64,000 bases of DNA from Thermoproteota archaeon. GTDB lineage: Archaea; Thermoproteota; Methanomethylicia; Methanomethylicales; Methanomethylicaceae. The stretch spans positions 64,488 through 128,487 of the forward strand of contig JARXPF010000001.1 of assembly GCA_029887765.1 (NCBI GenBank). The letters are read 5' to 3'. The translations under genes and the position numbers were made by a program. Numbering within the stretch: the first letter of the stretch is position 1; each line of letters starts with the position of its first letter. Of this stretch, positions 10,613 through 19,548 are shown in pieces. The notes beneath the pieces were generated by a model. The model made no database searches and was not told the DNA's origin. It worked only from the letters and a program-made list of their open reading frames with translations.

Positions 10613-11670
10613 TATTCAACATCTCTAATTATTTTACGTATTATTAACCAATTAATTAATACTAAGAAAGAAACTAAATAAAATATACTCCTATAATCTA
10701 TGCAATTCCATAATAAAAAAGAGAGAATAGGTCCAAGAGTAGAGAATAGTGATGTAAGAGTAATAAACTTATATTCATTAAACTTTTTTATACTTCTATT
10801 GACAATTATAATAAATGAATTGAAAAAGCTTATATCAATTAAAGCTAAAGTCCAAAGAATTAGTAGAATTAAAATGTCACTTGTAAAAGACATTAATAAA
10901 ATTGAAAAGAATAGTGAAGTATTTATAAAACTTCCTAAACTTCTATGAATCTTATCATATTTACTAATTTTCCATCCTATTAATTGAATTATAATTAATG
11001 AAATTGTAATGGCTAAACCTATATAAATGACGTTGCTATTGAATATAGTTAAAGCTATTATCGGAATTAATAGATTTATAATAGATCCACTTAAGCCCAT
11101 TCCAAATGCTAAAAAAATGCCTTCTAAAGTTAAACTATTATTAGTTTCTTCAATAAGTTTTGGTTTAGCCACTATTATTTTAAAAGAAAATAGCAATAAA
11201 AGTGAAAATAGAAAAGCTAGAAGTGCTGAAAATAATAATATTTCATCAAAACCATAATGAAAAATGATAATAGCACCCAAAAGTGGAGTAAATGAAATTA
11301 TGAAATTTATTGGAGGTTTAGCAATTGTATATGACGGAAGAGATAATAAACCTCCTGTAGTTATTCCTATTATTAATGAAAAGAATATAGAAAAAATGCC
11401 ATAACCATAAATCGCAAAAATTAATGATGAAATTACATGAGCTGAAAGAAATGTTCCTGCAATTCTTGATAAAGAAGCTTTAGATAATAAAACATATTGA
11501 TTTCCAATAAAAAAACCAAAATAGTAGATTGTTAAAACAATACATGATAAAAGTAAATCTTGAAGTTTTAACCATGAAATTATTGGTATGAGATGATGAA
11601 CTATTCCAGCTATAGGAAAACTCATTAAGATTATGAATTTAAATAATCTGATATGCTTCACAGGCATCAC
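10612..11670 (-). CDS. Integral membrane protein, function unknown
   Basis: 352-aa strongly hydrophobic ORF co-oriented with 9725..10612. Confidence 0.3.
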   Translation of the reverse strand: MMPVKHIRLFKFIILMSFPIAGIVHHLIPIISWLKLQDLLLSCIVLTIYYFGFFIGNQYVLLSKASLSRIAGTFLSAHVISSLIFAIYGYGIFSIFFSLIIGITTGGLLSLPSYTIAKPPINFIISFTPLLGAIIIFHYGFDEILLFSALLAFLFSLLLLFSFKIIVAKPKLIEETNNSLTLEGIFLAFGMGLSGSIINLLIPIIALTIFNSNVIYIGLAITISLIIIQLIGWKISKYDKIHRSLGSFINTSLFFSILLMSFTSDILILLILWTLALIDISFFNSFIIIVNRSIKKFNEYKFITLTSLFSTLGPILSFLLWNCIDYRSIFYLVSFLVLINWLIIRKIIRDVE

Positions 11671-11719
11671 AATAAATTTTTATACATTTTTATCACTATA
11701 TATATTATGTGAGAGATGT

Positions 11720-12055
11720 ATGGAGAAGCCAAAGTTTACAATTATGCAAGAACTTATAATTGAAGGAATTCTTAAAAAAGTAGGGGATGAAAGTAAAATT
11801 GAGTCTATTGAAATTAGTAGTGGAGATATTCTTGCCTATGTTACTAATGAAATGACTAAAAGAAAGGACAGTGGGATTAAAGGTACTGCAGCAGGAACAA
11901 AAGGTTGGGCAGATATGTTTAGATTAGCATTGAGAGATCTTGTTTCTATGGGTTATATTAAGGAGAAAAAAGGACTTATATCTTCAAAAATTTCGCTTAC
12001 AAAAGAAGGTCTCGAAGCTTATAAAAAATACAAAGAAGGGAAGGGAGGGTCCTGA
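11720..12055 (+). CDS. Small hypothetical protein (possible winged-helix)
   Basis: ORF track frame 11633..12055. An internal ATG at 11720 ('MEKPKFTIMQ') is preferred because the upstream part is hydrophobic, low-complexity and overlaps the neighbouring gene. Ends 'KEGKGGS'. Confidence 0.35.
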   Translation: MEKPKFTIMQELIIEGILKKVGDESKIESIEISSGDILAYVTNEMTKRKDSGIKGTAAGTKGWADMFRLALRDLVSMGYIKEKKGLISSKISLTKEGLEAYKKYKEGKGGS

Positions 12056-12057
12056 TT

Positions 12058-12675
12058 AATAAATTAATAAAATTACAAAAGAGATTTCCAAAAATTTTTA
12101 ATTTTTATGAAAAATTAACTACTAAACTTGGGTTAATCTCAGTACCATTTATCTTAACAATAATAACTTTTTTTATAGCTTATGGAGAAATACCCAAGAT
12201 TCTTCTACCAACAGTTAATGATTTAATATCATTTTTAACAATTATATTTACATTCATATTAAGTCTTATTTTTCATGAAATTTCTCATATAATCGTTCTT
12301 ATAAATCATGATGTAAAAGAAATTTCTCTTAAATTATCAATGCGTGGAATTTTAGGGTTTTTTGTTAAAGCTGATGTAGATTCAAAAAAATGTGAAGAAG
12401 TAATTCCATTTTTTTACTCTATTGGTTTAGGAAGTAATTTGCTTCTTTTTTTAATTTTCTTACCATTCTTTGAAATTAATCCATATCTTCACATAATTTC
12501 AATAGTAAATTTTTGGTTATTGTTTATAAATGGAATACCAGCTCCATTACTTGATGGAGGAAGAATTTTTGAAATCTTACTTAAAAAATTAAAAATAGAA
12601 AAAAATATTGAACTTATTTCAATAAGCTTATTAATTATTTGGCTTTTACTTCTTATTTTGAGAATTTACACTTGA
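12058..12675 (+). CDS. M50 family (site-2-protease-like) intramembrane metalloprotease; start codon uncertain (no ATG/GTG/TTG upstream of the HExxH motif)
   Basis: The frame is open from 12056. 'FHEISH' (HExxH) at 12271-12288 sits in a TM helix and 'PAPLLDGG' (LDG motif) lies downstream. The first canonical start is only at 12340, after the HExxH. GGAGGG at 12043-12048 is followed 9 nt later by an in-frame ATA at 12058. Confidence 0.5.
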   Translation, partial: NKLIKLQKRFPKIFNFYEKLTTKLGLISVPFILTIITFFIAYGEIPKILLPTVNDLISFLTIIFTFILSLIFHEISHIIVLINHDVKEISLKLSMRGILGFFVKADVDSKKCEEVIPFFYSIGLGSNLLLFLIFLPFFEINPYLHIISIVNFWLLFINGIPAPLLDGGRIFEILLKKLKIEKNIELISISLLIIWLLLLILRIYT

Positions 12676-13388
12676 ATCTTTTTACCAATAGGACATACTT
12701 TTATACAAATCCCACAAACTGTAGCAGCATAAGATTGTTTTGATAGTAAATCCTTCATTTCATCCAATCTTGCAGAACATTTTTCAGCATCAAGTATATC
12801 CTCTCTTTTTGCAGGATAGTATTCAAACTCAGCATATTTCAACGCTCCTGAAGGACATGAGTCTATGCATATTCTACAATTTCCACATTGATTTTTCATT
12901 GGTTTCCCTGGCTGTAGAGGCATGTTTGTAAGAATTGTTCCAAGACGAAGTCTAGGTCCATATATTGGATTTATTAATGAGCCATTACGACCAATCCATC
13001 CTATACCTGCTGCATGAGCAACAGCTCTATGTGATATATGACCTGCTAATTTAGTGATTCTGTAGGAAGCAGGTATTTGTAATGCTAAATAGCCCTCGCT
13101 TGTTATCCATCCAGCTATTCTAAGCAAAATTATATCTATTAGAGTATTAGCCAAATGATAGGCATGAGCATAAAGTACACCAGGATTATCTACTTCAATC
13201 ATCTCTACAGCAAAATTGGGAAGAGGAACACCAATGGATATTCCATATGAAAATTTGTTCATAGGAACTGAGTATGTATGAAGGTCCTTTAAAAGAGATA
13301 AATCAGCCACTCCTACAACTCCCGCTCCTGCATTCTTTGCAATAGAAAATAAGTTTTGCGTATTTCTTTCATTAAGCAAAAATTTCAC
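12666..13388 (-). CDS. Fe-S protein of the epoxyqueuosine reductase (QueG) / DUF1730-like family with two 4Fe-4S ferredoxin motifs
   Basis: 240 aa. 'CGNCRICIDSCP' and 'CGICIKVCP' cluster motifs. N-terminal region resembles the QueG/reductive-dehalogenase-like domain. Confidence 0.4.
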   Translation of the reverse strand: MKFLLNERNTQNLFSIAKNAGAGVVGVADLSLLKDLHTYSVPMNKFSYGISIGVPLPNFAVEMIEVDNPGVLYAHAYHLANTLIDIILLRIAGWITSEGYLALQIPASYRITKLAGHISHRAVAHAAGIGWIGRNGSLINPIYGPRLRLGTILTNMPLQPGKPMKNQCGNCRICIDSCPSGALKYAEFEYYPAKREDILDAEKCSARLDEMKDLLSKQSYAATVCGICIKVCPIGKKIQV

Positions 13389-13406
13389 CTAAATAGTTTT
13401 TATTTT

Positions 13407-14093
13407 TTAAATATTAAAAGGCTTTTCAAAAAGTTTACCATTAAATAGATAATATATTTTATCAGCACCTTCTATAAGAGATTCTTCAATAGTAGTTACT
13501 ATATAAACAGAATTACTTTCTCTCTGTTTTTTCTTTATTATATTAGCAACTTTTTTTGAAGTTTCTAAATCTAAATGTGCAGTTGGCTCATCTAATATTA
13601 CAATAGGAGGGGCGCCTATAATTGTTTGAGCAACACTTACACGTTCATATTCTCCTCCGCTTAATTGATTAGGTTTATGATAAATTCTTTCTGAAAGTTC
13701 GAATTCCTCTAATAGCTCTTTTGCAGCTTTAAATGCTTTTTCTTTTTCTACATAATTTAGTAGTAAAGGTAATGCAACATTTTCAATAACTGATAATTGA
13801 GGTATTAATATAGGATCTTGAGGTTTAAAACCAATTTTCTTTCTTCTAAACCATGCAAGTTCATAAGCACCTAGTCGAGAAATTTCAACACCATCTATGA
13901 ATACTGATCCTGAAGATGGAGTAATTAAGCCAGCAATAATTTGTATTAAAGTAGTTTTACCTACTCCAGATCTACCTGCAATAACTATAATTCCTTTTTC
14001 AGGAAAACTTATAGAAATAGAGTCTAATACCTTTATAGTTCTTCCAGCAGCTTTATAGGTTTTTGATATAGAATCTAAAATTATTTTTGACAT
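13407..14093 (-). CDS. ABC transporter ATP-binding protein
   Basis: Walker A 'GRSGVGKTT', signature 'LSGGEYERVSVAQ', Walker B 'ILDEPT'. Confidence 0.75.
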   Translation of the reverse strand: MSKIILDSISKTYKAAGRTIKVLDSISISFPEKGIIVIAGRSGVGKTTLIQIIAGLITPSSGSVFIDGVEISRLGAYELAWFRRKKIGFKPQDPILIPQLSVIENVALPLLLNYVEKEKAFKAAKELLEEFELSERIYHKPNQLSGGEYERVSVAQTIIGAPPIVILDEPTAHLDLETSKKVANIIKKKQRESNSVYIVTTIEESLIEGADKIYYLFNGKLFEKPFNI

Positions 14094-14108
14094 AAAAAAT
14101 AAAAAAAA

Positions 14109-14762
14109 TTATTGTGATATAAGTTTCCTTATTATATCAACGGCTTCAGAGGCGTCCTTACCCCAAGCATCAGCACCTATTGATTTTGCATAATCTAATG
14201 AAGTTGGTGCTCCTCCAATAATAACTTTTACTTTATCCCTTTGTCCTTCTTTTATAAGCAATTCAATTACTTTTTTCATTCCAGGCATGGTTGTTGTCAT
14301 TAAAGCAGACATACCAAGAATTTCAGCATTATATTCTTTTACTGCTTCAATAAACTTTGTAAGTGGTACATCTTTTCCTAAATCAATTACTTTAAAACCT
14401 GCACTATCTAACATTATTTTTACTAAATTCTTTCCAATATCATGTATATCTCCTTCAACTACGCCTAGTACAACAGTTATGGGTTTGGCTGTTTTATCTA
14501 CTTTGATGTGTGGTCTTAAAATCTCCACAGCAGCATTCATCGCACATGCAGATAATAATACTTCAGGGACATAATATTCTCCTTTTTCATAAAGCTCACT
14601 CACTTTCTTCATTCCTTCTGCTAATCCATTCATTATAGCTTCATAAGCATCTATGCCTTGCTTTATTGCTTCTTCAGCCCACTTTTTTGCCCCTTCTTCA
14701 TCTCCATCTATTACACATTTAGCAAGATTTTTTAAAATCTCTTCTTTTTCCATAATTATCAC
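14109..14762 (-). CDS. Corrinoid (B12-binding) protein of methyltransferase systems (MtaC/MtsB-like)
   Basis: 217 aa. B12-binding 'GDIHDIGKN' (DxHxxG) motif. Cap domain plus Rossmann-like B12 domain. Immediately downstream of a URO-D family methyltransferase, with directly adjacent stop and start. Confidence 0.75.
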   Translation of the reverse strand: MIIMEKEEILKNLAKCVIDGDEEGAKKWAEEAIKQGIDAYEAIMNGLAEGMKKVSELYEKGEYYVPEVLLSACAMNAAVEILRPHIKVDKTAKPITVVLGVVEGDIHDIGKNLVKIMLDSAGFKVIDLGKDVPLTKFIEAVKEYNAEILGMSALMTTTMPGMKKVIELLIKEGQRDKVKVIIGGAPTSLDYAKSIGADAWGKDASEAVDIIRKLISQ

Positions 14763-15803
14763 CTAATATACACCATATTTTTTAGCAGCTTCAACCATAG
14801 CAGCTATATTTTCACCTGGAACTGCAGCAGGAACAATACAACCAGATGCTAAAACAAATCCTCCACCAGCCATGGCTTTTTCTAAAGCTACCTTACATTC
14901 TTCTTCAACATCTTTTGGTGTTTTTTGAAGTAAAGTTACACCTGGACTAATATTACCCATTATGCAAACTCTATTTCCTACAAGAGATTTTGCTCTAGCT
15001 AAATCTACTTTTTCATCTACACTTATAGCATCTGCACCAGTATCAGCCATAATTTCAAGACGATCATTTACATTACCACAGATATGTAAAAATACTTTAA
15101 CCCCCATTCGTTTTATTGCCCTTATTTCTCTTCTTAAATAAGGAAAGACAAATTCTTCAAATGCTTTTTTTGATATCATATCACCTGATGATGTTGGATC
15201 AGATACCCATATTAAATCTGCACCAGCTTCAACAACAGCTTCAGCATAAACAATTAAACTTTCAGTTGCTATTTCAATCAATTCTTTTAATGGCTCTGGA
15301 TTTTTCTTCATATCTAAAAGAGCTCTTTCCGTACCCCTTAACATACATGTATGTCTCCAACATGCTTGTACATATCCCATTACTGGAATATATCCGCCAA
15401 CTGCTTCTTTAAGTCTCCTAATTCCTTCTAATATTATTGGAAGGCGCCCATCTTTTCTTGGATGAGGTATTTTTAACTTAGGTAAATCTTTAGAATAATC
15501 ATTAACTGCTGGCGTTTTAACTGAAGGAGCAGCATCATCAGGTATATGGAGTACACTTCCCATGGCTTCGGATTCTGCATGAACTGCAAGCAAGTCTAAA
15601 ACCATATCATAACCATATTTTCTTATAGCATATAATTGAGAATATACATATTTTTCAGGATTTGACATAACTTCAGAGAATTTAAAACCAGCTTGTCTTA
15701 TTGCCCATTCTCTTACAAGAGGAGTTACAGGAACTCTATCAGGCTTTTTAAGTTCAAAAGCAGTCATTAAGCGCTCATAAGGAGTCATCTCTTCTTTTGC
15801 CAT
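14763..15803 (-). CDS. URO-D family methylcobamide:CoM methyltransferase (MtaA/MtsA-like)
   Basis: 346 aa, URO-D fold. Forms a two-gene unit with the corrinoid protein. No MT1 (MtaB/MtbB/MttB-type) gene nearby. Confidence 0.65.
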   Translation of the reverse strand: MAKEEMTPYERLMTAFELKKPDRVPVTPLVREWAIRQAGFKFSEVMSNPEKYVYSQLYAIRKYGYDMVLDLLAVHAESEAMGSVLHIPDDAAPSVKTPAVNDYSKDLPKLKIPHPRKDGRLPIILEGIRRLKEAVGGYIPVMGYVQACWRHTCMLRGTERALLDMKKNPEPLKELIEIATESLIVYAEAVVEAGADLIWVSDPTSSGDMISKKAFEEFVFPYLRREIRAIKRMGVKVFLHICGNVNDRLEIMADTGADAISVDEKVDLARAKSLVGNRVCIMGNISPGVTLLQKTPKDVEEECKVALEKAMAGGGFVLASGCIVPAAVPGENIAAMVEAAKKYGVY

Positions 15804-15849
15804 TCAATTTTCCCCAATAAATATTTATGATATAAGATTTAATTAAAAC

Positions 15850-16116
15850 TTATCCTCCCTCTACCATTGGAAGAATGGCTATTTCTTCTCCACCCTTTAT
15901 TAAGGAATTAGAAAAAGGTGTTCTTCCATTTATTAATATTATAGCAGAACCTTTATTTTCAAAATCTTCTAATATAGGTTTTAATTTTTGATAACGTTCT
16001 GAAAGTAATTTTAGAAAATTGGAAAATTCTAATGGATTTTCTATTTCTATTTCTGCTACTGAAGTTCCAATTAATTCACGAAAATCTTGAAAAAATTTTA
16101 CAATTACTTTTGGCAT
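15850..16116 (-). CDS. MoaD/ThiS-like ubiquitin-fold sulfur-carrier protein
   Basis: 88 aa ending in 'GG'. Located directly downstream of the aldehyde:ferredoxin oxidoreductase gene. Confidence 0.45.
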   Translation of the reverse strand: MPKVIVKFFQDFRELIGTSVAEIEIENPLEFSNFLKLLSERYQKLKPILEDFENKGSAIILINGRTPFSNSLIKGGEEIAILPMVEGG

Positions 16117-16151
16117 GATAAAAATTATAAAGAAAGAAAATAAAAAGTTTT

Positions 16152-18029
16152 CTAATATGGAAGCTTTCCTAATTTTTCTAATTCATCTGCAATATCTTTT
16201 AAGCCAAGTTCTTCTAATTTAGCCCTAGTTGGTAAACCAGTTTTCACATCCCAACCTCTAGCTTCATAGTATTGATTTAATAAAGGTTCAAGTTCAAAAA
16301 TTTGTCCTGCTGATGGTCCTGAAGGTATTGGTTCTTTTAAGAATCTAGCTGGAAGTGTATCATGTCTTCTATCAAAACCTTCTCTTACATTAAATGCTTT
16401 TTCCACATTCCATACTCTTTCGCCTATCTTTACTGCTTCTTCAAATCCTCCAAAATCAATTCCAGTAGCAGCATTTACTATTTTTGTAAGTAAATCAGGC
16501 TTGTGCCATTCGGATCTTGTTGGAAATGTACACCATATACAACATTCTCCCCAAGTTAATCTATTTTGGTTATATGCAGCAAGTGCACCTTTACCCTCGA
16601 GACTAAATCTATCTACTTTAGTTGGAAGACCAAAGACTTCTTGTGTTCCATAACCTAATGCATGACTTCCACCAATATTAGATGTAACCATATTAAGTCC
16701 ATGAGCTTTTACTGGTCTTGGATCGTATGCTGGAAGTTCTAATCCTTTTATATGAATTGCAAATTCTTCAGATCCTTTTCCAATTCTTTCTGAAGCTATT
16801 TTAACACCTTCAGCTAATAAATCGCCAATTCCTTCTCTAAATGAAATTTTTCTAATTAATTCCATTAAGACTTTTTCATCTCCCCACTTCAATTCCATTC
16901 CATCAGTATCTTTAGTTGTTAAAATTCCACGTTCAAATGCTTCTATTGCAAAAGCTATAGAAACTCCAGCAGATATTGTATCAATACCATAATTATCAGC
17001 AAGCATATTAGCATAAATGACAGCATCCAAGTTTGGTATATCTAGTAAACCACCAAAAGTACAGAATGTCTCATATTCTGGACCATCTACCCATGCTCCA
17101 GCATAAGGACCTTCTCTTACATAAGTAAATTTCCAACACATTATCATACAATTTGGACAACCAGCATTTCTTATTGTACGTTTGACTTTTCCTTCACCAT
17201 TAAGTTTTTCATGATCTGGGTAAAATGTTTCTCTAAAGTTCTTGTATGGATAGTCTCCAATTTGATTTATAAGTGCATGAATTGCAGCAGTTCCATATCT
17301 TTGCATTCTTTTAGTACCATGAGCTGCTGCAAGTTGTTTAACTTGTTCTTTAACCAATTCTTTAAGTAAATCTTCATTAGCTATTGGAATTGATTTTTCA
17401 CCATAAACTGCAACTGCTTTTAGATTTTTAGCCCCCATTATTGCACCCATTCCGCCTCTTCCTAATTGTCTTGTACCACATTGAACTATAGCATATTTAA
17501 CTAAACGTTCTCCAGCAGGACCTATAACAGCTGTTTCTGCTTTAGGATTTCTTAAAATATGTTCTTTTAGAATATATTGAGCTAAATCTGTTGTAGTACC
17601 CCAAATAGAAGAGGCATCTCCAAAATCAACTTCTCCATTTTCTATGTAAATATAAGTGGGTTTTTCAGCTTTTCCCTCTATTATCATAAAGTCATAACCA
17701 CATTTCTTTAGCATTATTCCAAGATTACTTACGCATCTAGATCTAAAGTAAGTATTAGTAAGAGGAGATTTTGTAACTACTAACCAACCACTAGAAGCTG
17801 CTTGAACTGGAAGACCTGTTAATGGTCCTGTTCCCCAAACCATTTTATTTTCTGGTGATAGTGGATCTACACCTGGTTTCATTTCATCAAAAAGAAGTTT
17901 TGCAGCAATTCCTCGACCACCAATAAATTTTCTATAATAATCTTCAGGTACTTCTGTTTCCCAGACTTTTTTGTCTGTAAGATTTATGTGTAAAATTTTT
18001 CCCATGTATGCACCTTTCAAAAAACTCAC
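16152..18029 (-). CDS. aor: Aldehyde:ferredoxin oxidoreductase (tungsten-pterin AOR family)
   Basis: 625 aa. N-terminal 'GKILHINLTDKK...KFIGGRGIAAKLL' and overall AOR length and architecture. Confidence 0.85.
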   Translation of the reverse strand: MSFLKGAYMGKILHINLTDKKVWETEVPEDYYRKFIGGRGIAAKLLFDEMKPGVDPLSPENKMVWGTGPLTGLPVQAASSGWLVVTKSPLTNTYFRSRCVSNLGIMLKKCGYDFMIIEGKAEKPTYIYIENGEVDFGDASSIWGTTTDLAQYILKEHILRNPKAETAVIGPAGERLVKYAIVQCGTRQLGRGGMGAIMGAKNLKAVAVYGEKSIPIANEDLLKELVKEQVKQLAAAHGTKRMQRYGTAAIHALINQIGDYPYKNFRETFYPDHEKLNGEGKVKRTIRNAGCPNCMIMCWKFTYVREGPYAGAWVDGPEYETFCTFGGLLDIPNLDAVIYANMLADNYGIDTISAGVSIAFAIEAFERGILTTKDTDGMELKWGDEKVLMELIRKISFREGIGDLLAEGVKIASERIGKGSEEFAIHIKGLELPAYDPRPVKAHGLNMVTSNIGGSHALGYGTQEVFGLPTKVDRFSLEGKGALAAYNQNRLTWGECCIWCTFPTRSEWHKPDLLTKIVNAATGIDFGGFEEAVKIGERVWNVEKAFNVREGFDRRHDTLPARFLKEPIPSGPSAGQIFELEPLLNQYYEARGWDVKTGLPTRAKLEELGLKDIADELEKLGKLPY

Positions 18030-18166
18030 CTAAAGAATTATTTTAGTGCTTCTTGTATTTAAGATTTAAGAAAATGTTTTCAATTATTTTTAAAGTTTTT
18101 AAATATTGAAATAATATTCTTTTAATAAAGAATTATTTTAATATTTAAATTTCTAAAAATAACATT

Positions 18167-19372
18167 ATGGCATGGAATGCTTATGGAGCATTATTTGATC
18201 CAGATGAAGGTATTGATTCAATAAATAATAAAATTAATAGTATCATAAATGAAAATAGACCAAAAAATCCTTATAGAGAGTTTTTAAAATTAAAAGAAAT
18301 ACAAGGAATTGATATTAAAGATAATGGAGAATTGTCAGTTGAAAGTTGGTTATCCATATATCCAACTGAAGATGATTTAATAATGTTAACTCAAATTAAC
18401 TTTGAAGTTTTTTTAGATTATGATGGTTGTAGAGAATATAGAGAAAAAATAAAAAATTTTGTAAAAGAATTAGAAAAACCTTTAATGATTGGAATAGATC
18501 ATTGTTTAACAGGAGGAGTTATTGAAAATCTTGTAAATAAATTTGAAGAATTTACATTGATAGTATTTGATTCTCACTTTGATGCTATTCCATCTCCTAT
18601 TAGAAATAATTTAATTGGCTATATGCTCGAAAATCAATCAGAAAATAAAAAATTTGGATTTAGTGCTAAGGATTATGTATTTAACCCAATAGGAAGAAAG
18701 GATAGTTACAATAGTGGTTCTTTTATATATCATATTATCAAAGAAGGAATTATAGATGCTAAAAATGTAATAATTTTTGGTGCTGCTGATTATCCTTCAG
18801 AAAGTTTAGAAAAAATAGGCGACACTAGAGTAAAAGAGTATGTAAGATTTTATAAGAGTATGGAAGAAGAAGGTGTAAAAGTAATACATAGAGGAATTAT
18901 AGATGCTATAGGTCCAGAAGAAGCTATGCTAAGAATTCTTCAATACATAAGAAATAATGTTTATATATCAATAGATTTGGACATTGGTGCAAGATCTGCT
19001 CTGATTGGAGCAAGATTTATTAATGTAGAAGGATTGAAAGAAGCGGATATTTACAAATCATTGCTAATACTTTATGAAAAAGGAGTAAATATCATAGGAT
19101 TAGATATAATGGAAATTGATCCATGGAAAGCTGGTGAAATTTATGATAATATAAAAGATAGGTCTTACAATATATGTGGCAATATTGTAAGAATTTTAAC
19201 AAAAGGTGAGATTTATCTTGATGAAAAATACAAGGAGTTTTTAAAAAACTTTGAAAAAATTACTATTAAAGAAATAAAAGATAAAGACATTCTTAGTGAA
19301 TTATTGAAAATGGGATTTATAACAATGACTGGTAAGTATTTTAAAATAGCTTATAATGGAAAAATTGTTTAA
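18167..19372 (+). CDS. Arginase/agmatinase-fold metallohydrolase, divergent and extended (401 aa)
   Basis: Ureohydrolase metal-ligand motifs 'GIDHC', 'FDSHFDA', 'SIDLDIG' all retain their His/Asp ligands. The usual DP after the third motif is missing. Has an N-terminal extension. Confidence 0.45.
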   Translation: MAWNAYGALFDPDEGIDSINNKINSIINENRPKNPYREFLKLKEIQGIDIKDNGELSVESWLSIYPTEDDLIMLTQINFEVFLDYDGCREYREKIKNFVKELEKPLMIGIDHCLTGGVIENLVNKFEEFTLIVFDSHFDAIPSPIRNNLIGYMLENQSENKKFGFSAKDYVFNPIGRKDSYNSGSFIYHIIKEGIIDAKNVIIFGAADYPSESLEKIGDTRVKEYVRFYKSMEEEGVKVIHRGIIDAIGPEEAMLRILQYIRNNVYISIDLDIGARSALIGARFINVEGLKEADIYKSLLILYEKGVNIIGLDIMEIDPWKAGEIYDNIKDRSYNICGNIVRILTKGEIYLDEKYKEFLKNFEKITIKEIKDKDILSELLKMGFITMTGKYFKIAYNGKIV

Positions 19373-19435
19373 AAAAAGAGAAAAGAATTATGCATATGGT
19401 GCTATAAATTGTTTAAAGTTAGACGATGGTAGTAG

Positions 19436-19543
19436 CTTAGTATTATGAGAACCACACTTTGGACATTTTATAGCTGAAGAAATCCTGTTTGAAGACCATT
19501 CATGTCTACAGTCTCTACACTTGATTCTATAATCAAAACCCAT
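19436..19543 (-). CDS. Small zinc-ribbon protein (35 aa, CxxC...CxxC)
   Basis: Read on the minus strand: MGFDYRIKCRDCRHEWSSNRISSAIKCPKCGSHNN. Not in the ORF track (below length cutoff). Confidence 0.25.
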
Positions 19544-19548
19544 TTATG

